Positions 28,250 to 37,177 of a DNA stretch of 64,000 bases are shown here, piece by piece. Every line of letters starts with the position of its first letter. The first letter of the stretch is position 1. Source of the DNA: Erysipelotrichaceae bacterium. Its GTDB lineage: Bacteria; Bacillota_I; Bacilli_A; Erysipelotrichales; Erysipelotrichaceae. The notes under the pieces were generated by a model. That model did not search any database and was not told where the DNA came from. It saw only the letters and a program-made list of their open reading frames with translations. The DNA is taken from contig JAUNNY010000004.1 of assembly GCA_030531215.1 (NCBI GenBank), positions 18,794-82,793 of the forward strand, given 5' to 3'. Position numbers and translations under genes: made by a program.

Positions 28250-29443
28250 TTAATTACTGCTATTTTTTAATCTTTCTTCTGCCTCTATTCTTTCCTTGCA
28301 CACTTCAGTCCAACTCTTCGTCTTTGACAGCAAATCATTGAAATCGGCTAAAACCTTTGGAACATCTATTTTTTGTGGACACATCATGGCACATTGACCA
28401 CAGTTTATGCATGCGCTTGGTTTCTTGTCTAAGCTAAGTGCATCCATTTGCATTGGTACAGTAAAGGCTTGAGCAAACTTTAAATCATTATATGCCGCAA
28501 TTAACATAGGTATATCTAAACCCATTGGACAGCCTTGTGTACAATAATGACATTTTGTACAAGGTATTGAGCTCTTTAATCTTTCAGCTATTTCGAATAA
28601 ATATGATTCTTCTATATCTGATAGAGGCTTATCTTCGTTAAATGTTTTTATATTATCTATCATCTGTTCCATATTAGACATACCAGACAAAATCATCTTG
28701 ATATTTGGATATTTCATCAAAAACCTAAATCCAAATGACGCAACAGACTCATCAGGTCTAAAATCCTTTAACTTATTTTTTTCTTCATCGCTAATATCGT
28801 TAACTAATTTGCCACCTCTTAAAGGCTCCATTATCCAAATTGGGATATTATGTTTTGTTAAGACATCATATTTATCTTTACCATCTTGTAATGTCCAATC
28901 TAAATAATTTAGTTGTATTTGACAAAATTCAAATATTCCTTCATGTCTAGTCAAGAACTCATCCAAAGTTTCCACTCTAGCATGGCTTGAAAAACCAAGA
29001 TGTTTAATTCTGCCTAATCTTTTTTGTTCAAGAAAATAATCGATAATGCCATATTTTGGATCTTCATAAATATGCATATCAGCTTCACACACATTGTGCA
29101 ATAGATAATAGTCAAAGTAATCAATTTGACATTTGTCTAATTGATTTTCAAATACTTCCTTTGGGTTAGGTACTTTGATAACATTGTGGCCTGGAAACTT
29201 ACTTGATATTTTAAAACTATCACGTGGATATTTTTTTAATGCTCTTCCTAAAGCCAATTCAGAATGACCATCATGATATGGATATGCAGTATCGAAATAA
29301 TTAATTCCGTTATTTAAGGAATAATCGATCATTTTTTGAAACTCAACTTCATCTATGGTTTTGCCATCTTCCAATAATGGAAGCCTCATCGTTCCTAAAC
29401 CCAAACGCGATAAATTGTCACCACAAACATTGTTATATAGCAT
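28250..29443 (-). CDS. aldo/keto reductase fused to a 2x[4Fe-4S] ferredoxin-like C-terminal domain
   Basis: 397 aa. AKR N-terminus (LGLGTMRLP, DTAYPYHDGHSE) plus CxxCxxGC and CINCGQCAMMCP clusters. Confidence 0.8.
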   Translation of the reverse strand: MLYNNVCGDNLSRLGLGTMRLPLLEDGKTIDEVEFQKMIDYSLNNGINYFDTAYPYHDGHSELALGRALKKYPRDSFKISSKFPGHNVIKVPNPKEVFENQLDKCQIDYFDYYLLHNVCEADMHIYEDPKYGIIDYFLEQKRLGRIKHLGFSSHARVETLDEFLTRHEGIFEFCQIQLNYLDWTLQDGKDKYDVLTKHNIPIWIMEPLRGGKLVNDISDEEKNKLKDFRPDESVASFGFRFLMKYPNIKMILSGMSNMEQMIDNIKTFNEDKPLSDIEESYLFEIAERLKSSIPCTKCHYCTQGCPMGLDIPMLIAAYNDLKFAQAFTVPMQMDALSLDKKPSACINCGQCAMMCPQKIDVPKVLADFNDLLSKTKSWTEVCKERIEAEERLKNSSN

Positions 29444-29535
29444 ATGTTGATACCTCTTCCTACTTATATCGTAGTATAGGAAGGCAAAAAAAGATATATC
29501 GGTATTCTTTACATATGTTAAAATTAAAGTAATAT

Positions 29536-30378
29536 ATGCCTACAACTTATACTCACAACAAATTTGGCAGCTTATGTATTGAAGTAATGCCTCCAGAATA
29601 CAAAACAATTGTTGAAAAGTATCGTGAATTATTCGATATAGGCGTTCACGGACCTGATTTCTTTTTTTATAATCTTAAGGAACCTGAAGTATCAGCATAC
29701 GGTTATGATATGCACTATGCTCCTGCAAGATCGTTTTTTGAAAGATGCCGCATTGTTTATAAGACTCATGAAGAAAAAGAAGCGATTTTAGCATATAGTT
29801 TAGGTTTCTTAACTCATTTTGCCTTAGATAGTACGTGCCATAGCTATGTCTATGCTAAACAGAATGCTTCTAACTTAACACATAGTAAAGTTGAGGCTGA
29901 GTTTGACCGTTACTTAATTGTTCAAGAAGGAAAGAAACCATATAAAGTTAGATTGGGAAAACTAATTAATCCAAGTAAAAATAATGCTAAAATAATATCA
30001 TATTTCTTCCCACACAGCGAAGAAACAATACATAAAACATTAAAATATATGAGATTATTTGTCACCATATTATCTCCAAGTAATAAATTAAATAAAAAGA
30101 TTATTCTTGGCATCTGTAAAATAACTAAAAACGATTATTACGCAGATATGATTATGGGTGATAAAGAAGATGAAGCATGTAAAGATTCTAATTTACGTTT
30201 AGAAAAATTAATGTATAAAGCTCAAGAATTATATTCAAAATTATTATCTAGTTTTATTGGCTACATAAAAAATAACAAAGAATTAATCGATTATTTTGAC
30301 AGAACATATGATAAACAAAAAGATTACTATAAAATACCAGTTTTATCATATGATGAAGAAATAAATTATAAAGTTTAG
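29536..30378 (+). CDS. zinc-dependent phospholipase C-like family protein
   Basis: 280 aa with His-rich N-terminal motifs (THNKF, GVHGPDFFFY, HFALDSTCH). Family call is tentative. Confidence 0.5.
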   Translation: MPTTYTHNKFGSLCIEVMPPEYKTIVEKYRELFDIGVHGPDFFFYNLKEPEVSAYGYDMHYAPARSFFERCRIVYKTHEEKEAILAYSLGFLTHFALDSTCHSYVYAKQNASNLTHSKVEAEFDRYLIVQEGKKPYKVRLGKLINPSKNNAKIISYFFPHSEETIHKTLKYMRLFVTILSPSNKLNKKIILGICKITKNDYYADMIMGDKEDEACKDSNLRLEKLMYKAQELYSKLLSSFIGYIKNNKELIDYFDRTYDKQKDYYKIPVLSYDEEINYKV

Positions 30379-30388
30379 GGAGATTACT

Positions 30389-31747
30389 ATGAACAAATTA
30401 TTTGAAAAACTAAACAAATCTAAAATTTTCCATGACTTATCTCCACAAGAATTTTCATGGGTAATGTACGATGTTGGCAATTCTGCCTTCACCATGTTAG
30501 GCTGTTCCTTAATTCCTATTTGGTTTAAGTCTCTTGCAATCGGAACAGAACCTGGCCAAATATCTGGTGATAATGCAACGGCTTATTGGGCATTGGCTAC
30601 TTCTATTGTTACTGTTATAGTTGCCCTTATTGGTCCAGTATGCGGTGCTATTGCTGACCGCAAAGACAAAAAGAAGATTTTCTTTACAACCGCAGTTGCA
30701 ATTGGTGTAATCGGCTGTGTCATTAATGGTTTTGCTTGGAGTTGGTTAATATTCCTAACAATTTATGTTCTTTCAAAGATTGCTTATTCTGCATCATTAA
30801 CATTCTATGATTCAATGCTTAACGATGTTACTACCGACGATAGATCAGATGCTGTAAGTGCTTATGGTTATGCTTGGGGTTATATCGGTTCATGTATCCC
30901 ATTCACTATTGCATTGATTGCCTACGTTTTAGGTCCTGATATGGTTGGGCTTATCTCTGGCGGATTAAGTAGATTTATAGGTTTTGGTGTAACTGCTGTT
31001 TGGTGGTGGATAGTTACTGTTCCACTAATTAAACACTATAAACAAATCAACTATGTTGATGATACTGCAGGAGCAATCAAAAATACTTTTGCGCAAATCA
31101 TTCAATCAGTAAAAAGAATCGCTATTGAAGATAAAAAAGTTTTATATTTCTTAATCGCATTCTTCCTATACATTGATGGCGTTGGAACAATCATTGATAA
31201 CTGCATCAATTTAGGAACAGATTTAGGTTTAGATACAGTTGGACAAGTCGTATTCTTGCTTCTTACTCAAGTAGTTGCTTGGGGTGGATCGCTAGTATTT
31301 GCTAAGTTATCTAAGAAGAAAGATACTGTATCATTAATCAAAATTTGTATCGTTGGTTATGCTGTAGTTTGCATCTACGCATTAACATTAAAAGAATTAT
31401 GGCAATTCGCAGTAATGGCATTCGGCGTTGGATGTTTCCAAGGTTCAATTCAATCTTTATCTAGAAGTTATTATTCAAGAATTATTCCTGATGAAAATTC
31501 AGGTGAATACTTTGGCATATATGATATCTTCGCTAAAGGCGCTTCATTCCTAGGTTCATTTGTAATCTATATTGTTAAGAAGATTGGTATTGCTACAAAT
31601 GGTGTATTTAATATCTTTGGTTTCCAAATAAAATCTATTAACGTTGCAATTGGTTGTCTAGCGTTATTCTTTATCATTGGTTATATCGTTATAGATGTCG
31701 CTGATAAGCTTCCTCAATCAGAAGCTTCTAAGAAAGATATACAATAA
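30389..31747 (+). CDS. MFS transporter (UMF1/Atg22-like family)
   Basis: 452 aa, 12 predicted TMs. N-terminal FSWVMYDVGNSAF is typical of UMF1. Confidence 0.75.
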   Translation: MNKLFEKLNKSKIFHDLSPQEFSWVMYDVGNSAFTMLGCSLIPIWFKSLAIGTEPGQISGDNATAYWALATSIVTVIVALIGPVCGAIADRKDKKKIFFTTAVAIGVIGCVINGFAWSWLIFLTIYVLSKIAYSASLTFYDSMLNDVTTDDRSDAVSAYGYAWGYIGSCIPFTIALIAYVLGPDMVGLISGGLSRFIGFGVTAVWWWIVTVPLIKHYKQINYVDDTAGAIKNTFAQIIQSVKRIAIEDKKVLYFLIAFFLYIDGVGTIIDNCINLGTDLGLDTVGQVVFLLLTQVVAWGGSLVFAKLSKKKDTVSLIKICIVGYAVVCIYALTLKELWQFAVMAFGVGCFQGSIQSLSRSYYSRIIPDENSGEYFGIYDIFAKGASFLGSFVIYIVKKIGIATNGVFNIFGFQIKSINVAIGCLALFFIIGYIVIDVADKLPQSEASKKDIQ

Positions 31748-31754
31748 AATATCA

Positions 31755-31781
31755 AGCCGATTTGTAGTATCGGCTTTTTTT
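31755..31781 (+). terminator. terminator after the MFS gene
   Basis: AGCCGAT-N7-ATCGGCT followed by TTTTTT. Confidence 0.8.
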
Positions 31782-31792
31782 ATGGAGACAAT

Positions 31793-32272
31793 ATGGAAAT
31801 AGAAAGAAAATGGATAATTGATTTTGATGATATTCCTTATAATTTAAGTAATTATAATCAATTAGATATTGAACAAGCATACATCATGTCTAAGCCTACA
31901 ATTAGGATTAGAAAGATAAGCAATCTAAATAAATATATACTTACTGTGAAATCTTCTTCCAAAGACAAAATATCTAGGCAGGAATACGAAATAGAAATCA
32001 ATAAAGAATTATATGATGAATTGTTGACCAAAAAGAAGGGTCTAACAATATCTAAAACTAGATACTGTATTCCAGTGGACAAATACATATATGAAATTGA
32101 TTTGTTCCATAACGAATACGAGGGCTTAGCTTATTTAGAAATTGAATTTTCCACTATAGAAGAAGCTAAAGAATATATAGAACCTTCATGGATAAAAAAA
32201 GAAGTAACCTTTTTAAAGGGCTACTCCAACTCTAGTTTAGCCAAAGGCAATAAGAAGTTATTCAAAAAATAA
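31793..32272 (+). CDS. CYTH domain protein (CyaB/thiamine-triphosphatase-like)
   Basis: 159 aa beginning MEIERKWI (the ExExK CYTH signature). Confidence 0.75.
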   Translation: MEIERKWIIDFDDIPYNLSNYNQLDIEQAYIMSKPTIRIRKISNLNKYILTVKSSSKDKISRQEYEIEINKELYDELLTKKKGLTISKTRYCIPVDKYIYEIDLFHNEYEGLAYLEIEFSTIEEAKEYIEPSWIKKEVTFLKGYSNSSLAKGNKKLFKK

Positions 32273-32280
32273 CTTCTTTT

Positions 32281-32925
32281 TTATATAATTCCTAGTGGAA
32301 TTAATGTTACTAACAAAACAGCTACTAGTGACCATAAACCAATCACAAATGCTTTACGATTCTTCATGAAAGGAACATAGTTACTAGCTAAGAAGAATGG
32401 TATATATGTTGTGATAAATACAGGAATTACGCCCCACCATTTATATACCCAAATAAACGAGTTGTTTGATGTTCCAGCCAGGAACGATTCAAATAAAGCA
32501 AACAACAAAGCCATTGATAAAGCACCAGCTAGTTTACATGGCATACCAAACATCTTTGAGTTTTTATCTTCTGGTAACATTTTATATGAAATGATACCGG
32601 CTAAGGAAAACATCATACTTAGTTCCCAACAAACACCAATTAATAAAATAAAAGTCGTTGATTCATTTGACACTGTCCACAAAGGATAACCAAAAAAATG
32701 GGCAATGATTGCATTTACTATTTCATATAGCCAATGAACACCATACAATGCTAGTCCAGCATATACTACATCCCAATTTTTCTTCTGAATTTCACTCCAA
32801 TATACATAAAACACAACGGCCAAAATAAAGATAAAAGTCCAATTAAAATTAGCGGTACTTCTAACTACAACACTATCTACTAAACTTTTTGCTAAATCAC
32901 TTCCATCGCCCCAAAACTTAAACAT
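32281..32925 (-). CDS. hypothetical polytopic membrane protein (214 aa)
   Basis: Long hydrophobic ORF with about 6 TMs. No family recognised. Confidence 0.6.
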   Translation of the reverse strand: MFKFWGDGSDLAKSLVDSVVVRSTANFNWTFIFILAVVFYVYWSEIQKKNWDVVYAGLALYGVHWLYEIVNAIIAHFFGYPLWTVSNESTTFILLIGVCWELSMMFSLAGIISYKMLPEDKNSKMFGMPCKLAGALSMALLFALFESFLAGTSNNSFIWVYKWWGVIPVFITTYIPFFLASNYVPFMKNRKAFVIGLWSLVAVLLVTLIPLGII

Positions 32926-32992
32926 CGTTAATCTCCTTTTATTAATTCTATATAGAAATTATATCTTATTATTCATGTTAGAATGAAAACGT

Positions 32993-33931
32993 ATGGACAA
33001 CAAATTTAAATATTCATTTAATGAAAAACGTTATCACACTTTCAACTATTATTTGAAGAGCACTTATCACTGTAAGGTATCCAAGGTTATTTTAGATGCG
33101 GGCTTTACTTGCCCAAATAGGGATGGTACAAAAAGCTTTGGTGGCTGTACATTTTGCAGCGACAAGGGAAGTGGCGATTCTAATGCCGCTTTAAAAGAAG
33201 ATTTAATCAATCAATATGAAGCTAATAAAAAGATTATGGATAACAAATGGCCTAATGCTTTATATATTCCTTATTTTCAATCTTTTTCAAATACATATGG
33301 CCCTTTATCAAAAATAAAAGAAATGCTTGATCCTTTTATTCACAATGATGAAGTGTGTGAAATTGCCATTGCAACAAGATGCGATTGTCTTGAAGATGAT
33401 GTAATCAATTATCTGGATTCGCTTACTAACATCAAGACTATTTGGATAGAACTAGGCTTACAATCATCAAATGACAATACTGGCAAATTAACTAATAGAG
33501 GACATTCTTTTAAAGAATTTACTGATTGTATACACAAACTAGAAAAAACCAATTTAAAAGTATGCGTGCATATTTTAAATGGCATACCTTATGAAACCAT
33601 TGAAGATATGATAAAAACAATAAAAGATATCAATCATCTGCCATTTGATGGAATTAAGATTCATATGTTACATATCATCAAAAATACTAAAATGGGAATA
33701 CTCCATGAAATTAAACCATTCAAATTAATTACTAGAGAAGAATATATCAATTTGGTTGTCAAACAATTAGAATTATTAAGACCAGAAGTAGTTGTTCAAA
33801 GACTGACTGGCGATCCTATAAAAGAAAATCTATTGGCTCCTGAATGGGTTTTAAATAAAACTACTATTTTAAACGATGTCGATAAACTAATGCGTGAATT
33901 AGATACTTATCAAGGAAGTAAATATGAATAA
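32993..33931 (+). CDS. TIGR01212-type radical SAM protein (YtqA/MnmL-like)
   Basis: 312 aa with an atypical radical SAM cluster region (CPNRDGTKSFGGCTFC). Overlaps the downstream YtqB-like gene as in B. subtilis ytqA-ytqB. Confidence 0.8.
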   Translation: MDNKFKYSFNEKRYHTFNYYLKSTYHCKVSKVILDAGFTCPNRDGTKSFGGCTFCSDKGSGDSNAALKEDLINQYEANKKIMDNKWPNALYIPYFQSFSNTYGPLSKIKEMLDPFIHNDEVCEIAIATRCDCLEDDVINYLDSLTNIKTIWIELGLQSSNDNTGKLTNRGHSFKEFTDCIHKLEKTNLKVCVHILNGIPYETIEDMIKTIKDINHLPFDGIKIHMLHIIKNTKMGILHEIKPFKLITREEYINLVVKQLELLRPEVVVQRLTGDPIKENLLAPEWVLNKTTILNDVDKLMRELDTYQGSKYE

Positions 33932-34445
33932 CAATACCTTTGTTCACAAATACATCAAACCATTAATTCATAACACTGATACCACTGTAGACATGACAGT
34001 TGGAAATGGAAATGATACTTTGTTACTATCTAATTTATCTAAAAAAGTATATGGCTTTGATATATCTATAGAAGCAATCAGAAAAACTGAAGCAAGACTT
34101 GAAAAGAATAATGTAATCTTGATTCATGATAATCATATTAATGTAGATAAATATGTAAAAGAAGATATTAAACTTTTTATCTTCAATTTAGGATATTTGC
34201 CTCATAGTGAAGACACTAGCTGTACCAAGGCAAAAGAAACCCTAGTTGCTTTCAAGAAAGCATATCAAATTTTATCTAATGGATATATTGTTATAACTTT
34301 CTATATAGGACATATAGGTGGTAAAGATGAATTCTATTTATTAGATAGTTATATAAAACAAAATAAGATCAAGATAATAGAAAAATATAGGCAAGACAAA
34401 ATTAATTCACCAATCACTTACATAATAAAGAAGAAAAGCTCCTAA
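33924..34445 (+). CDS. mnmM: YtqB/MnmM-like SAM-dependent methyltransferase
   Basis: 173 aa. DMTVGNGNDTLLL, FNLGYLP and YIGHIGGKDE align by eye with B. subtilis YtqB. Confidence 0.7.
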   Translation: MNNNTFVHKYIKPLIHNTDTTVDMTVGNGNDTLLLSNLSKKVYGFDISIEAIRKTEARLEKNNVILIHDNHINVDKYVKEDIKLFIFNLGYLPHSEDTSCTKAKETLVAFKKAYQILSNGYIVITFYIGHIGGKDEFYLLDSYIKQNKIKIIEKYRQDKINSPITYIIKKKSS

Positions 34446-34613
34446 CGGAGCTTCTCTATATGTTTAAGGGGATAAATATACGATACGATTTCGGGGATTA
34501 GTATCGGCAAGGTTATATGACTTCCTTGCGATATTATAGTAACAAAACACCTTCAAAATAATATGGTTTAATTATGTTAAATTATGTGAATTATTTTCGA
34601 TATAATTATTAGT

Positions 34614-35450
34614 ATGATAAAGAAAATTGTAATTATTTCTAGCGCCATTTTATGCCTGGTTGGTTTATGCTTATGTAACGCATATATTGTTAATCCCAAA
34701 CAACTAAAAGTCAGAGAGGAAACATTATCATCAACTAAAATTGATAATGATCTTGATGGATTAATAATCGTTTATTTCTCTGATTTGTATTATGGTAAAT
34801 TCGTTGATGATGATTATTTGAATAAACTAGTTGTAAAAATAAATAGATTTAATCCAGATGTTGTTATATATGGTGGAGATTTATTAGAAAATGATGAAGT
34901 TGAATCGTCAAAATTGTTACAAGCTCTTAGCAATATCAAAACAACTAATGGTAAATATTTTATCTTAGGTGACAATGATTCGCAAAAATCTAAAGATATC
35001 CTATTAGCAGCTGATTTTAAATTAATAGATAATTCTAGCAAAACTATTAATGTTGACTACAATAGTTTCATTAATCTCATCAACGTCAATTCTATTGACT
35101 CAAATGTTGAAGAAGCATTTAAAGATATTAGTGAAAATACATATAATATTCTTATCACTCATTATCCTGATACCTTCACCAATATAACAGATCAATATTT
35201 CGACTATTGCTTAGCCGGGCATAGCCTGGGTGGCCAAGTAAATATACCACTTATCAATTTATTTGATCGGCCTCATGGTGCAAGTAAATATTTAAATGGC
35301 ATTCATAAATCCAATAATAAAACAATTGATGTTACAAATGGTACAGGTAGAAAATTAAACAACGTGAGATTCTTAGCCGATAATGAGATCGTGGTCTATC
35401 GTCTAGATTCAATATCGAAGATCGAGCCAAAAGAAAAGGATGTGGAATAA
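34614..35450 (+). CDS. membrane-anchored metallophosphoesterase (YkuE-like)
   Basis: 278 aa with an N-terminal TM and calcineurin-like motifs (GGDLL, LGDND, GHSLGGQ). Confidence 0.8.
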   Translation: MIKKIVIISSAILCLVGLCLCNAYIVNPKQLKVREETLSSTKIDNDLDGLIIVYFSDLYYGKFVDDDYLNKLVVKINRFNPDVVIYGGDLLENDEVESSKLLQALSNIKTTNGKYFILGDNDSQKSKDILLAADFKLIDNSSKTINVDYNSFINLINVNSIDSNVEEAFKDISENTYNILITHYPDTFTNITDQYFDYCLAGHSLGGQVNIPLINLFDRPHGASKYLNGIHKSNNKTIDVTNGTGRKLNNVRFLADNEIVVYRLDSISKIEPKEKDVE

Positions 35451-35465
35451 CACATCCTTTGTTTT
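35437..35465. terminator. terminator between convergent genes
   Basis: AGGATGTG-GAATAA-CACATCCT followed by TTGTTTT. The loop contains the stop codon. Confidence 0.7.
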
Positions 35466-35471
35466 CGCTCA

Positions 35472-36368
35472 TTAATCGAATACAATCGTGTCTACTAACT
35501 TACATACAATTACTTCACGATAATCAGGTTGTCCTGAGTAACATGTTTGCAATGTCAAGGTCTTATCACCTTTTTGAAGTTCGACACCAGTATCGTAGTA
35601 AGCTAATTCTTTAATTGTTTTGAAGTATTTTTCTGTGTATCCTGGATCTGGATCACCATTCAAATCAAATTCATATTCCGTACGATAATATTGTGAATCT
35701 TCTCCATTATATAAATCATATTTGAATACTACTGCTACTTCATATTTTCTGATTTCATTATCGAGAATTAAACTTAAGTATTTGTTGTCTTCATAATATT
35801 CTTCATTTACAAAGTTTTCTAAACAAGTAAATGCTCTGGTTCTTTCAGGATCAAATTCAGGAGAGAAATGGTGACCATAGATAATGATGTTTTCATCATC
35901 CAAAGTGTTACGATAATCCATAAATATGGAACCACCATGCTCCATTTTGTCATATTGCATAGTTTCCCAATATGTCCACAAATAGACATCATTACCAGTG
36001 CATGCATAATCATCACAACCATAATCTGCTTCTTCTTCTAAGATTTGATTTCCGTCTATGTCGTAGAATGTATAGAATTGGCCATCATCATCGTAGATAT
36101 CTTCAGCTTGAACAAATGGTAAGTCGATAATGCCTGAATCAAATACAATATGTCCTAGATAATCATCGCTGATAGCTTTGTTATCTAAATATCTTTGCCT
36201 TAAATCGGCATCCATTTTATTCTCTTCTGGTTCAACAACTGGTGTAGGTTCTTCAGGTGTAGGAACTTCTTTATTGCTTGTATAAACAAACACTCCCAAT
36301 ACAGCACCTAAAACAGCTAGAACAGCTAGAAGAATAATTATCACCTTTTTCTTTTTGTTATTTTCCAT
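35472..36368 (-). CDS. srtB: class B sortase with proline-rich linker and an acidic insertion
   Basis: 298 aa. TM, EVPTPEEPTPVVEPE linker, GSIFMDYRN, IIYGHH and LTLQTC (catalytic Cys) motifs. Confidence 0.75.
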   Translation of the reverse strand: MENNKKKKVIIILLAVLAVLGAVLGVFVYTSNKEVPTPEEPTPVVEPEENKMDADLRQRYLDNKAISDDYLGHIVFDSGIIDLPFVQAEDIYDDDGQFYTFYDIDGNQILEEEADYGCDDYACTGNDVYLWTYWETMQYDKMEHGGSIFMDYRNTLDDENIIIYGHHFSPEFDPERTRAFTCLENFVNEEYYEDNKYLSLILDNEIRKYEVAVVFKYDLYNGEDSQYYRTEYEFDLNGDPDPGYTEKYFKTIKELAYYDTGVELQKGDKTLTLQTCYSGQPDYREVIVCKLVDTIVFD

Positions 36369-36372
36369 TTTC

Positions 36373-36459
36373 TTATCTCATTATAAATGGTAATACTGAT
36401 ACAACGACCATCAATATTACTATCATTATAATTACAACCTTTCTTGTATTTTTAGACAT
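36373..36459 (-). CDS. hypothetical 28-aa single-TM micro-protein
   Basis: Own translation MSKNTRKVVIIMIVILMVVVSVLPFIMR. Its ATG overlaps the deoD stop (TAATG) and it ends 4 nt before the srtB ATG. Confidence 0.3.
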   Translation of the reverse strand: MSKNTRKVVIIMIVILMVVVSVLPFIMR

Positions 36460-37175
36460 TATTCTTTAACAGCTTCTAACGCAATCTTAATCATATTGAT
36501 TAGCGCTACTCTTCTTTCTTCGTGAGTAGTTTCTTCTTTTGTTTCTAAATTATCAGATATGGTTAGTAAACATGCGGCTTTCTTTCCTAATACTTTTGCG
36601 TTGTGGAATAGACCAAATGATTCCATTTCAGCACAAACGACTCCAGCTTTCTTTGCTAGTTCAATATATTTTTCAGCAGCACCTGCCTCTGAATAGAATG
36701 CATCAGATGAATGAACTAAGCCAGGATGAAGCTCAATATTCAATCTCTTTGCTGCTTCAATTATATTATCGTTTAATTCTTTACTAGGATATTGAATCTT
36801 TTCATGGTCATCAGATTGTACAATTGCATATGTTGAATCTGAATAAGCGCCAGTAGCTAATACAACATCGTAAATCTTTAAATCTTTATAATAAGCTCCA
36901 GCTGAACCAATACGAATTATGCATTCAACACCATATTGAGTAAATAACTCATGAGTATAAATACCAATAGATGGGATACCCATTCCTGATGCCATTACAG
37001 ATAACTTCTTTCCATTATATGTTCCTGTGTAGCCATAGATATTTCTTACACTGTTGAATTGAACAGGATTCTCTAAGAAAGTTTCAGCTATAAATTTAGC
37101 ACGCAATGGATCTCCAGGCATTAATACTGTTTTTGCGATATCGCCCATTTCGGCTTGATTATGTGGTGTAGACAT
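36459..37175 (-). CDS. deoD: purine nucleoside phosphorylase, DeoD type
   Basis: 238 aa. MSTPHNQAEMGDIAKTVLMPGDPLRAKFIAETFL is the canonical DeoD N-terminus. Confidence 0.9.
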   Translation of the reverse strand: MSTPHNQAEMGDIAKTVLMPGDPLRAKFIAETFLENPVQFNSVRNIYGYTGTYNGKKLSVMASGMGIPSIGIYTHELFTQYGVECIIRIGSAGAYYKDLKIYDVVLATGAYSDSTYAIVQSDDHEKIQYPSKELNDNIIEAAKRLNIELHPGLVHSSDAFYSEAGAAEKYIELAKKAGVVCAEMESFGLFHNAKVLGKKAACLLTISDNLETKEETTHEERRVALINMIKIALEAVKE

Positions 37176-37177
37176 TT

